NCBI GenBank assembly: GCA_002708105.2
Contig: PAOQ02000016.1
Span: forward strand, 2,272 to 66,271
Direction of reading: 5' to 3'
DNA length: 64,000 nucleotides
From: a bacterium
Lineage (GTDB): Bacteria; Desulfobacterota_D; UBA1144
Shown: one piece after another, positions 9,366-17,894 of the stretch
How the letters are laid out: every line of letters begins with the position of its first letter
Numbering within the stretch: position 1 is the stretch's first letter
Program-made: the position numbers and the translations under genes
The notes under the pieces: generated by a model
Told to the model about the DNA's origin: nothing
Database searches by the model: none
The model's input: only the letters and a program-made list of their open reading frames with translations

Positions 9366-10334
9366 TTGAGCGGAAATGACACTAAAAAATCACTTAAAAA
9401 GAGAATAATTGAAGTTTTGGGTTACCTTGTTAGCGGGATTGCCCTTTATTTTGTATACAAATACGTAATTAATATTGATCTTGAAGCAGCAAAGCAGAAA
9501 CTAAGCTATACATGGATTCCTCTATTGTTAGTTTTTATAGCTATTTATATAGTCTTGATGAGTTTTCTGGCTACAGGATGGAGGTATATGCTGGAATTAC
9601 TTCACGGATCTAGTCTCCCGAAATGGAGGATTATAGGAATATATACAAAAACTCAAATATACAAATATATACCTTCAAATTTAATGCACGTAATTGCTAG
9701 GATATATTTCGCTACTAAGCTAGGACCTTCTAAAACAAATGTTGTACAAAGCTATTTTTTAGAAATAGTCTTTATGGTTTTAATAGGATTAATAATTGTT
9801 TTGACAACAGTCTACACTGGTAGCTTTACTCTTTCAGACGAGTTAATATTAAAATTCAAGACTGCTCTTGCTGGGGGCGGAAAAGTTTTTTCATATGGTA
9901 TTTTAATTTTCGGTGTTGTAGCAATAGCTTTTTATCTTATAAAGGCTCTGAGAAATTACAAGTCAGCTTTCTCTTCAGATAATTTAATGCGAATAGTTAA
10001 ATTATTTGTTTTATTAGTTTGCTTTTTCTTTGGAATGGGATGCGTAGAATACTTTGTTTTTTCTGGTTTACTTGGTATGGATATTGGTTTTTTATATGTC
10101 GTTTCATTATTTACAATCACATGGTTAGGAATGTTTATTATTCCTGGAGCTCCGGGTGGTATAGGAATAAGGGAATTTATTGTTATCGCCTTATTATCTC
10201 CTATTTATGGACCTGACGATCCTACTATTGGAATATTGATTTTCCGGGTTATAACTGTACTTGGCGATGCACTTTTATTGCCTATTGGCACTATATTTGT
10301 TCCAGAAGAGTTATCTGAGGCAAAAGAAGTTTAA
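9366..10334 (+). CDS. Flippase-like / lysylphosphatidylglycerol-synthase TM-region family membrane protein (UPF0104)
   Basis: About 8 TM segments. C-terminal 'IIPGAPGGIGIREFIVI' matches the P.G.G..E signature of this family. TTG start in the track. Confidence 0.6.
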   Translation: MSGNDTKKSLKKRIIEVLGYLVSGIALYFVYKYVINIDLEAAKQKLSYTWIPLLLVFIAIYIVLMSFLATGWRYMLELLHGSSLPKWRIIGIYTKTQIYKYIPSNLMHVIARIYFATKLGPSKTNVVQSYFLEIVFMVLIGLIIVLTTVYTGSFTLSDELILKFKTALAGGGKVFSYGILIFGVVAIAFYLIKALRNYKSAFSSDNLMRIVKLFVLLVCFFFGMGCVEYFVFSGLLGMDIGFLYVVSLFTITWLGMFIIPGAPGGIGIREFIVIALLSPIYGPDDPTIGILIFRVITVLGDALLLPIGTIFVPEELSEAKEV

Positions 10335-10343
10335 AATAATATA

Positions 10344-10372
10344 TTGACAAAAAACCTGTAATTGTGTAAGTT
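10344..10372 (+). promoter_or_regulatory. Candidate sigma-70 promoter (TTGACA - 17 nt - TAAGTT) for the candidate sRNA
   Basis: Perfect -35 TTGACA at 10344-10349, a 17-nt spacer, then -10-like TAAGTT at 10367-10372. No plus-strand CDS lies downstream. Confidence 0.3.
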
Positions 10373-10378
10373 ATTATA

Positions 10379-10458
10379 CATCAGGTTGAGTTAGAGATAA
10401 TATTGATTGTCTCACGTAGAAAGCTAAGAGATTAGCACTAAAACTCAACTTTTTTTTT
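10379..10458 (+). ncRNA. Candidate stand-alone small RNA (about 80 nt) ending in a U9 tract
   Basis: An 8-bp closing helix pairs GTTGAGTT (10385-10392) with AACTCAAC (10442-10449). It encloses two small hairpins: GAGAT..GTCTC (10394-10413) and GCTA..TAGC (10423-10436). Nine T follow at 10450-10458. Confidence 0.3.
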
Positions 10459-10474
10459 CGCCTTTTTTTCCCAA

Positions 10475-11092
10475 TCATTTATGTAATCCACATTCTCTGT
10501 TGTTTTCAACCTTAGTTGGATCAAAATAGTCGAATTCATTTTCTAATTTATTTTTACTCATATATAAATCAAGGTCCTTATCTTTCCAATTATAGAATGG
10601 GGATATTTTTAACAAGTTGTTAACTCCTTCACTTAATATATTGATGCTGTCTCTGAAGTTGGTCTGCCCAATTCTAAGATTTGTAATCCATAAATCAGGA
10701 TTTATTTCACTAATTGCCCTATTGAATGGTTCAAGTTTAACGTATTTTGTAAAATCAGAGTGACTTTTATCACCAACACCGGGAATCCCTCCCATCAAGG
10801 CATTCAAATATTCTCTCGTATATTTTGGCGTATAAATTTCAATATTTAGATTATGTTCTAAAATTAGTTTCTGTGCGTGAATGTAGGTTGCTTGTGTGTT
10901 ATATCCTGTATCGCACCATATTATTTTAATATCAGGTTTGATTTCTATGCATAAGTGTATTATTGCTGCCTCGTAAGGTCGAAAATTTGTTGTTAGTATC
11001 GGATTTCTACTGTTTTTAAGTCCCCATTGGATTATTTTTTCTGGAGATTCATTTTCTAACTTTTTATTTAGCTTAACCAAGTCTCTTTTCAT
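10475..11092 (-). CDS. cysH: Phosphoadenosine-phosphosulfate/adenylylsulfate reductase (thioredoxin-dependent CysH family)
   Basis: C-terminal 'ECGLH' catalytic motif and 'KISPFYNW'. The ATG at 11092 overlaps the upstream stop (ATGA). The track ORF extends to 11161, but that stretch overlaps the permease gene. Confidence 0.85.
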   Translation of the reverse strand: MKRDLVKLNKKLENESPEKIIQWGLKNSRNPILTTNFRPYEAAIIHLCIEIKPDIKIIWCDTGYNTQATYIHAQKLILEHNLNIEIYTPKYTREYLNALMGGIPGVGDKSHSDFTKYVKLEPFNRAISEINPDLWITNLRIGQTNFRDSINILSEGVNNLLKISPFYNWKDKDLDLYMSKNKLENEFDYFDPTKVENNRECGLHK

Positions 11093-12069
11093 TTTATATT
11101 TCCTATAATATTTGTTAGATAGAATGACAAACCTACACATATAATTGGAGCGAATATCCAAAACGCTAGTATCTTTAAGACACTTTTGTTCTTAAATGTC
11201 TTTTTAAAACCTGAAGTTGAGCAGGAAAATCCAATAATTCCTGAGGTTATTATTTCAGCCATTGAAATTGGAATTCCATAAAATGAAGCTACTGCCAAGA
11301 ATGTTCCCCCCGTAAAGTTTACAGATACTGCTCTTATTAGGGAGAGTGATGTTATTTTTGTTGCAATGTTTTCTATTATACCTCCTCCAAATATTAGGGC
11401 ACCAAGGGCCATAAAAAACCCTGATATAAGTGCCGCGTCTTTTGCAGATATCAGATCAAGTCCGACTATCGGTGCTGCTGCATTTGCTGCATTATTTGCT
11501 CCTGCAAAGAGTGCTAGGAAGCAAGCTGATGAAATTACCAATATCCTTAGCGATAAGTGTATCTTTTGAGTTTTTTTTCCGTCTAAACTAATAAGCTTAT
11601 TAACTATATTAAAATATATGTATTTCCCAATAATATAATTTACCAGCCATATTCCTATTGGAGTTATAATCCACCAAAGCACAATTTCGCTTGCTTTTGA
11701 TAAATTTAGAGCATTGAGGCTTAATCCTATTCCAAAGATTGTACATACCACAATGTGTGTTGTTGCTATCGGAATCTTCGCCTTATTTGCAATTATTATT
11801 GAAATAATTGGTACCAGTAAAACCAAATAAATTAAAAAAGAATGAAAACCGGCAAAATCAATCTTTAATAATTCCTTACCCACCGTTGTAACAACATTTT
11901 CTCCTGCTATAGAACCTCCAAGAAAGACAAATACAAAGGCCAGCGAAAGAGCGCCTAGTTTGGTTAGCATCTTTGACCCGTAGACGGTGGACATAGATGA
12001 AGCTGCATTATTTGCTCCAATATTGAAAGCTAAAGTGAGACTTAAGACAGAAATTAAAACAATTTCCAT
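11089..12069 (-). CDS. PiT-family inorganic anion permease (CysP-type sulfate permease candidate)
   Basis: 'GANNAASSMSTVYGS' and a second 'GANNAANAAAP' repeat are typical of PiT (PHO4) transporters. The gene is embedded in the cys operon. Confidence 0.85.
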   Translation of the reverse strand: MEIVLISVLSLTLAFNIGANNAASSMSTVYGSKMLTKLGALSLAFVFVFLGGSIAGENVVTTVGKELLKIDFAGFHSFLIYLVLLVPIISIIIANKAKIPIATTHIVVCTIFGIGLSLNALNLSKASEIVLWWIITPIGIWLVNYIIGKYIYFNIVNKLISLDGKKTQKIHLSLRILVISSACFLALFAGANNAANAAAPIVGLDLISAKDAALISGFFMALGALIFGGGIIENIATKITSLSLIRAVSVNFTGGTFLAVASFYGIPISMAEIITSGIIGFSCSTSGFKKTFKNKSVLKILAFWIFAPIICVGLSFYLTNIIGNIK

Positions 12070-13370
12070 TATTTAATAATCCCTGCACCAACAGTATTAT
12101 TTGTTTCTATATCTATAATAATAAAAGCACCTAATACTTTATTGTTTCTGTATGAATCAAAAACAATATCGTTTTGGATTTTAATTTCAACATTTCCTAT
12201 ATCATTCATATGTATTGTCTCATTAGAGGGCATTTCTGTAAGTGATTGAATATTGATTTTATTAATTATTTTAGTAATCATAATTTTTGAACTTTTATTT
12301 GCATGTTTAATAAAATATTTTTTCTTTATACTCAGACTCTCATCATCCATCCAGCATATTTGAGCAATGATTTTATTGCCAACTTTAGGTCTGTAATTTA
12401 TTGATGTGATTACATCTCCGCGAGAAATCTCTAATTCATCTTCAATCACTAAGGTCCCTGATTGATTTCTATTTATGGCATCTGTGTAGTTGCCTAGATT
12501 GATAATTTTTTTAATTTTTGATTTTTTCTTACCTGGATGAATCTCAACTTCGGACCCTATATGAAACTCGCCTGATGTTACTGTTCCCATATATCCACGA
12601 AAATCTTTAGTCTTATTGTTATCAACTCTTGATACTAGTTGAACTGGAAAACAGGATTCATTAGATTGATTTTTTGATTTAATTTTAGTGTTTTCAAGCA
12701 TTTTTATTAATGTTTCTCCTTTATACCATGACAAATTATCACCTCTGTCAACAATCATATCTCCGTCTAGTGCTGAGATTGGAATAAAATTAAGAGAATC
12801 AATAGATAGATTATTGCTGGTCTTTAAAAAATCTTTTTTAATAGATATGAATTTCTGTTCATCATATTCTATTAAGTCCATTTTATTTATCGCGACTATA
12901 ATATTTTTTACCCCCAATAAATAGCTTATGTACAAATGCCTTCTTGATTGACTTAGTACTCCTTTTCGAGAATCTATTAAGATTATAGCAAGACTTGAAT
13001 TGCTAGCCCCTGTAAACATATTTCTTGTATATTCTTCATGACCAGGTGTATCAGCAATAATAAATTTACGCTTAGGAGTCGAAAAATATCTATATGCAAC
13101 ATCAATTGTTATTCCTTGTTCTCTTTCATCTTTAAGGCCATCTGTAAGATGAGCAAGATCAATTTTCTCAGAATTTTTTCCTTTTGAATCATTTTTCAAG
13201 GCTTCAATATGATCAATAAAAACACCTTTAGAGTCATACAAAAGTCTTCCAATCAAAGTAGATTTACCATCGTCAACGCTCCCAGCAGTAGCAAATCTAA
13301 GTATTTCAGGTGAATTTTCCAATTTAAAAATATCCTTCTTTCTTTTTATCTTCCATTGAATTAGATCCAT
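12069..13370 (-). CDS. cysN: Sulfate adenylyltransferase subunit 1 (GTPase); no fused APS-kinase domain
   Basis: 'GSVDDGKSTLIGRLL', 'DTPGHEEYTRNM', 'NKMD'. 433 aa. Start uncertain: the ATG at 13370 overlaps cysD by 47 nt, and a TTG near 13322 is an alternative. Confidence 0.9.
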   Translation of the reverse strand: MDLIQWKIKRKKDIFKLENSPEILRFATAGSVDDGKSTLIGRLLYDSKGVFIDHIEALKNDSKGKNSEKIDLAHLTDGLKDEREQGITIDVAYRYFSTPKRKFIIADTPGHEEYTRNMFTGASNSSLAIILIDSRKGVLSQSRRHLYISYLLGVKNIIVAINKMDLIEYDEQKFISIKKDFLKTSNNLSIDSLNFIPISALDGDMIVDRGDNLSWYKGETLIKMLENTKIKSKNQSNESCFPVQLVSRVDNNKTKDFRGYMGTVTSGEFHIGSEVEIHPGKKKSKIKKIINLGNYTDAINRNQSGTLVIEDELEISRGDVITSINYRPKVGNKIIAQICWMDDESLSIKKKYFIKHANKSSKIMITKIINKINIQSLTEMPSNETIHMNDIGNVEIKIQNDIVFDSYRNNKVLGAFIIIDIETNNTVGAGIIK

Positions 13371-14208
13371 GATCTATAATTCGGGTCTCTCTTTCACTTC
13401 TTTTTGCTTTAAGCGTTTCATGTAAAATTTTGTCAATGCTATCAGCATCAGACTTAATTGCTCCGGTACACGGAATACATCCTAAAGTTCTGAATCTTGA
13501 TTCAATTTCTTCAGCCTTTAAATTTGTATCGTTTTCTACTGGTATTAGATTTTTATTTTGAACATGTAATTTTCTCTTTTTTGAGAAATATAAAGAAGTG
13601 ATTTTTATTTCTTCGTGTTTTATATAATTCCAAATATCCGATTCTGTCCAACTTGATAATGGAAAAACTCTAACCGATTCATCCTCATCTATTTGTCCAT
13701 TAAAAATATTCCATAGTTCAGGTTTTTGTGATTTAGGATTCCATTGACCAAATGAATCTCTGAAGGAAAAAATTCTTTCCTTCGCTCTAGATTTTTCTTC
13801 ATCTCTTCTTGCGCCCCCAATAGCAGCATTAAAATTATATTTAGACAAGGCATCAAGTAGTGCTTGTGTTTTTAAAGCCCCACAACATTTTGCAACACCA
13901 TTTTTTGATGGGTGAAACTTTTTCTTTATTGCTTCTTCGTTTCTATAAACTATTAGATTCGCACCTATCTCTTTAGTAAAGCTGTCTCTGAATTCATACA
14001 TCTCTCTAAATTTATATCCTGTATCAACATGTAATAATGGAAATGGAATTTGAGAGGGGTAAAAAGCCTTTCTTGCAAGATGAAGCATCACGCTTGAATC
14101 CTTTCCTACAGAATAAAGCATTACAGGATTGCTAAATTCTGCAACGACTTCTCGAAGTATAAAAATTGCTTCACTCTCAAGTTCTTTTAAATATAAATTT
14201 TCTTTCAT
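13324..14208 (-). CDS. cysD: Sulfate adenylyltransferase subunit 2
   Basis: 'MLYSVGKDSSVMLHL' (PP-loop SGGKDS-like), 'HVDTGYKFREMYEFRD', 'AAIGGARRDEEKSRAKERIFSFRD'. Confidence 0.92.
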   Translation of the reverse strand: MKENLYLKELESEAIFILREVVAEFSNPVMLYSVGKDSSVMLHLARKAFYPSQIPFPLLHVDTGYKFREMYEFRDSFTKEIGANLIVYRNEEAIKKKFHPSKNGVAKCCGALKTQALLDALSKYNFNAAIGGARRDEEKSRAKERIFSFRDSFGQWNPKSQKPELWNIFNGQIDEDESVRVFPLSSWTESDIWNYIKHEEIKITSLYFSKKRKLHVQNKNLIPVENDTNLKAEEIESRFRTLGCIPCTGAIKSDADSIDKILHETLKAKRSERETRIIDHGSNSMEDKKKEGYF

Positions 14209-15900
14209 TTATACAACTTCCCCTCGTAGAATATCAAAATCGGTCTTATTGCAAAAATCTCCAAATGGTTCATCATCGGTTTCTCTATTTTTTTTCCAAT
14301 AATTTATAAGTTTTGAAATTTTATTTGGAAGCTCATCGTCATCAACAAGCTCAAGAAAAAGCCTATTTAGCCTAGTTCCAAAAAAATCTCCACCTAAATA
14401 GATGTTGTATTTTTTTGCTGTCGCACCTATAAGCCCAATCTCAGATACTGGTGGTCTAGAGCAGGAATTTGGGCAGCCACTCATTCTAATTTTTATTTTC
14501 TCGTTTCCAAGTCCCCTACGATCAAGTTCGTCAATTAGAGTAGGTAAAAATCTCTCAGCTTCTGCTACCGCAAGACTACAAGTTGGAAGAGCTGGACAAG
14601 CCATTGAAGCAAGTCTTAAATTTGAATATCGTTCATTAGTATCTATTCTATTTTCCTCAAGCATTTTCTTAATCCCGTCAACATCTTTTTCGTTAACATT
14701 TACAAGAATTAAGTCTTGAGTTGCCGTTAGCCTTGTTTCAACTTGATATTTTTTAATTATTTTTGAAAGACCCGACTTGAGTTTTACCGATTCTTTATCC
14801 TTTATTCTTCCATTTTCAATAAAAATTCCGCAGTAGAATTTATTTTTTTCCTTTTGCCTGTGCCACCCATAATAATTGTCTAATTTTGCCAATGACTTCT
14901 TAATATATGGATTAAGCTTAAATCCTAACCTTCTTTCAAGCTCATCTCTAAATTTACTAACTCCCCAACTTTCTAGTAGGTATTTCATTCTAGCTTGCTT
15001 CCTGTCTGTCCTAATTCCAAAATCTCTTTGAATGCTTATTATTCCTTTTACAACCTCAATGACTTTATCTTCTTTACATGACCCTAACTCATCAGCAAGT
15101 CTTGGAAAAGTTTGGGATTGTCTATGATGACTTCCCATTCCACCTCCAACTAAGATATTAAAATCTTTATTTTTCTTATCTATAATAGGGAGTATTCCTA
15201 TATCTTGTGTATAGATATCGATAGAGTTGTCTAGTTCGTGACCAACGCCAATTTTGAATTTTCTTGGTAAATACGTTTTTTTATATAAAGAGTCTTCCTT
15301 AATCTTATCATTGTTTATTTTCGTTGATACTTTTTCGCCATCTACCCATATTTCATAGTATCCTTTTGATTTTGCCAATGTTTCTCTATCGATTTTCTTC
15401 GCTAATTCCTGAGCATCATAATTAAGGTCTTGTCGAATATCAGAAATAGGAGACGCCACCGTATTTCTAACGATATCGCCACAAGCACCATAGGATGTTA
15501 TTAGGTTTTCATTAAGGGTGGTAACTAACTCTTTTAAATTTTTCTTTCCAATACCATGAAATTGAAAACATTCTCTGGTCGTTATTCTTAAAGTTGGATT
15601 AGCCCATTTGTTTGTAATTTCATCCATTATCAACCATTGCTTGGGGCTTATATTCCCACCGCCTGGATTCTTTGTTCTAATCATGAAGCTATAATCTTTT
15701 TCAAGTCTAGCCTTCATTAATTCTTTTCTTCTGTCTCTATCATCTTGTTGATAAATTCCATGAAATTTTAATATTTGCTCGTTATCACTAGTGAATTTAA
15801 TAGTATCTTGATCCAGCAATTCCTCTCGTATAGTTCCTCTTAAACCATTGCTAGCCTCTTTTATAGCCTCATTTTTTACTAATTTTACTTCTTTTTTCAT
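14209..15900 (-). CDS. cysI: Assimilatory sulfite reductase, siroheme/4Fe-4S hemoprotein component
   Basis: 'LKFHGIYQQDDRD', 'TTRECFQFHG', 'ACPALPTCSLAVAEAER', 'MSGCPNSCSRP'. It abuts cysD with no gap. Confidence 0.9.
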   Translation of the reverse strand: MKKEVKLVKNEAIKEASNGLRGTIREELLDQDTIKFTSDNEQILKFHGIYQQDDRDRRKELMKARLEKDYSFMIRTKNPGGGNISPKQWLIMDEITNKWANPTLRITTRECFQFHGIGKKNLKELVTTLNENLITSYGACGDIVRNTVASPISDIRQDLNYDAQELAKKIDRETLAKSKGYYEIWVDGEKVSTKINNDKIKEDSLYKKTYLPRKFKIGVGHELDNSIDIYTQDIGILPIIDKKNKDFNILVGGGMGSHHRQSQTFPRLADELGSCKEDKVIEVVKGIISIQRDFGIRTDRKQARMKYLLESWGVSKFRDELERRLGFKLNPYIKKSLAKLDNYYGWHRQKEKNKFYCGIFIENGRIKDKESVKLKSGLSKIIKKYQVETRLTATQDLILVNVNEKDVDGIKKMLEENRIDTNERYSNLRLASMACPALPTCSLAVAEAERFLPTLIDELDRRGLGNEKIKIRMSGCPNSCSRPPVSEIGLIGATAKKYNIYLGGDFFGTRLNRLFLELVDDDELPNKISKLINYWKKNRETDDEPFGDFCNKTDFDILRGEVV

Positions 15901-16250
15901 ATTCCTCTCCGTTATTTTTTAGTTAATTTGATAGAGCAATAAATATAATTATTGATTGCTTAATGACCTTAATTTGCGATATCAAATTAGATTCTTTGGC
16001 TTAGTTGTTACAACAACAAGAGTTTGAAAGGGGTAGGCAATGTAATTTTTTTCCACTATGGGATAAAAATATATTTAATTTATTCATAACAAACTCCGTA
16101 AATTATTTGTAACTCAAAGAGGAAAGGTGCTCAAGGCTCCCTTGCCCTGTTTAGCAATTATTTTAAGTCGTTGCAAGTAGAGTTAAATGACGACTAAAAG
16201 GATTATAGCACTTTATATAATTAAACTTCAAGTTTTTTTAAAAAATTAAT

Positions 16251-17180
16251 ATGATATATTATTTTTTAATGGCAAACGATAATTTTCAAATCATTAGTTT
16301 TTACAAGTTTGTTGGCTTAGTTGACGTTCACAATATTAAGGACCAGCTTTTTGTATTATGTAAAAAGCATTCGGTTTTAGGGACTATTATTTTGGCGAAA
16401 GAAGGTGTAAATGGAATGTTGGCAGGTAACCTTAATTCTATTAAATCTATTATGGTTTTTTTTGAAGGACTAGGTTTCTCATCAATAGATTTTAAATTTT
16501 CCGAATCAGAGACTAAGCCTTTCAAAAGATTGAGGATAAAAACTAAAAAAGAGTTAATAAGTCTTGGGTATCCTGAATTGTCTAATCCAAATGAGGTTGT
16601 TGGGAAATATATTGAACCTGAGGACTGGAATAATATTCTAAATGATAAAGATGTTCTTTTAATAGATACAAGAAACAAATATGAAACCTCGATTGGCACA
16701 TTTAATAATGCTGTTGTTCCAAATATAAAAAATTTTAAAGAGTTCCCAGATTTTATAGAAGAATCTGAAATTAATAAAAATACTAAGATTGCTATGTTCT
16801 GCACAGGTGGAATTCGCTGTGAGAAGGCTAGCTCATATTTATTAAAAAAGGGTTTCAAGAACGTGTCACATCTTAAAGGGGGGATAATTAAGTATTTGGA
16901 GAAGGTCCCGCAGAATAAATCGAAATGGGAAGGAGAGTGTTTTGTTTTTGACAATAGAGTTTCTATTGAGCAGGATTTGAAGCAAGGTAATTATTTAAAT
17001 TGCAATGGATGTGGAAGTCCTTTAAGAAAAGATGAAATTGAAAGTCCAAAGTATAAAAAAGGAGTTTCTTGCCCAAAGTGTTTTGACTCTTTAACCAAGG
17101 AAAAAATATCTAGATCAACTGAAAGGCAAAAACAGGTAGAGTTATCAGCAGAAAGAGGGGAGGTTCATATTGGTGAATAG
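16251..17180 (+). CDS. trhO: Rhodanese-domain protein of the UPF0176/YceA family (tRNA uridine(34) hydroxylase TrhO)
   Basis: 'ISFYKFV', 'GTIILAKEGVNGMLAG', 'LLIDTRNKYETSIGTF', 'AMFCTGGIRCEKAS', 'WEGECFVFDNRV'. The real start may be the ATG at 16269 (MANDN...). Confidence 0.85.
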   Translation: MIYYFLMANDNFQIISFYKFVGLVDVHNIKDQLFVLCKKHSVLGTIILAKEGVNGMLAGNLNSIKSIMVFFEGLGFSSIDFKFSESETKPFKRLRIKTKKELISLGYPELSNPNEVVGKYIEPEDWNNILNDKDVLLIDTRNKYETSIGTFNNAVVPNIKNFKEFPDFIEESEINKNTKIAMFCTGGIRCEKASSYLLKKGFKNVSHLKGGIIKYLEKVPQNKSKWEGECFVFDNRVSIEQDLKQGNYLNCNGCGSPLRKDEIESPKYKKGVSCPKCFDSLTKEKISRSTERQKQVELSAERGEVHIGE

Positions 17181-17661
17181 GCTGATTTTATTAATTTTCT
17201 TGATGATTTCGTGTAATACCAGCGATGAAGTTTATCAAGCTGAGGGTATTTTTGTGAATTCTGATAATTTAAGAATTGGAACTGTTGATATAATGGAGCA
17301 GGGAAATGGTTCTAACTTTAGGATACATCTTAAGACACTAAAGCCAGGATCTTATGCTATGCATATCCATGAAAAAGGCGAATGTAAATTTCCCGATTTT
17401 CTATCAGCTGGTGACCATCATGGCTTAAAAGATGACGGAACTTTTTATGGAGATTTTGCTCCTATATATGTAAAAAACGAGTTGAGCCAATATACTGGGA
17501 AATTGAAGAAATTTAATCAAACTATTTTTTTAGATAATGTTCTCTTAAACCCAAGGTCTGAATTTACTATACTTGATGAGGATGGTTCAGCAATTATTAT
17601 ACACGAGGGACCTCAGGGAGGAAAAAGGATAGCCTGTGCGAACATTAAAAGAAAGTACTAA
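17170..17661 (+). CDS. sodC: Cu,Zn superoxide dismutase-like lipoprotein
   Basis: Lipobox 'LMISC'. 'MHIHEKGEC', 'SAGDHHG', 'IIIHEGPQGGKRIACANI'. TTG/GTG start overlapping the trhO stop. Confidence 0.8.
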   Translation: MVNRLILLIFLMISCNTSDEVYQAEGIFVNSDNLRIGTVDIMEQGNGSNFRIHLKTLKPGSYAMHIHEKGECKFPDFLSAGDHHGLKDDGTFYGDFAPIYVKNELSQYTGKLKKFNQTIFLDNVLLNPRSEFTILDEDGSAIIIHEGPQGGKRIACANIKRKY

Positions 17662-17894
17662 CCTAAACCGCCTTCTAACTCCAATTTTTCTAAATCATCA
17701 AAACCACCGATAAATTTATCATCAATAATAATCATAGGGACCGTTCTCCAATTGTATTTGGTTGATACTTCGAGCCTTAACTCTATATCAGAGGTAAGGT
17801 CTATTTCGGTAAATTCTAGATTTTTACCAGACAACAAATTCTTTGCAGCAACACAAAAAGGGCAAGATGATGTAGTGTAAACTTTAATCTCCAA
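17658..17894 (-). CDS. Glutaredoxin
   Basis: 'CPFC' active site and 'TVPMIIIDDKFIGGFDDL'. TTG start preceded by GGAGAAGGAAAG. Confidence 0.88.
   Translation of the reverse strand: MEIKVYTTSSCPFCVAAKNLLSGKNLEFTEIDLTSDIELRLEVSTKYNWRTVPMIIIDDKFIGGFDDLEKLELEGGLG

Noticed and set aside
10286-10300. Sigma-54-like motif TGGCAC-TATAT-TTGT on the plus strand, about 85 nt upstream of the candidate sRNA structure.
   Set aside because: It lies inside the 3' end of the 9366-10334 CDS and has T instead of the conserved C of the -12 GC element. The TTGACA/TAAGTT sigma-70-like pair nearer the structure is a simpler explanation. It is worth keeping in mind only if rpoN-dependent sRNA expression is observed.
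16105-16160. Tested whether the GC-rich patch is SRP (4.5S) RNA, a SAM-I/SAM-II riboswitch or another known riboswitch core.
   Set aside because: I could not align either strand to the conserved cores as I remember them: the SRP GGAA/AGCA helix-8 motif, the S-box 'GAGGGA..GGCCC..GCAACC', or the SAM-II 'AAAGCU'. It is kept only as an unexplained structured-looking patch in the findings.
16328-16954. Long antisense ORFs in the six-frame track. Examples: 16328-16954, 42342-42803, 48876-49247, 63311-63835, 14402-14719, 54639-54956, 2998-3195, 11366-11569, 12688-12924, 19400-19672, 22072-22308, 36481-36720, 62460-62723.
   Set aside because: Each lies entirely inside, and opposite to, a gene with unmistakable conserved motifs. 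Their products are low-complexity (S/F/L/I-rich), as expected from reading AT-rich coding DNA backwards. None has an SD or independent support.
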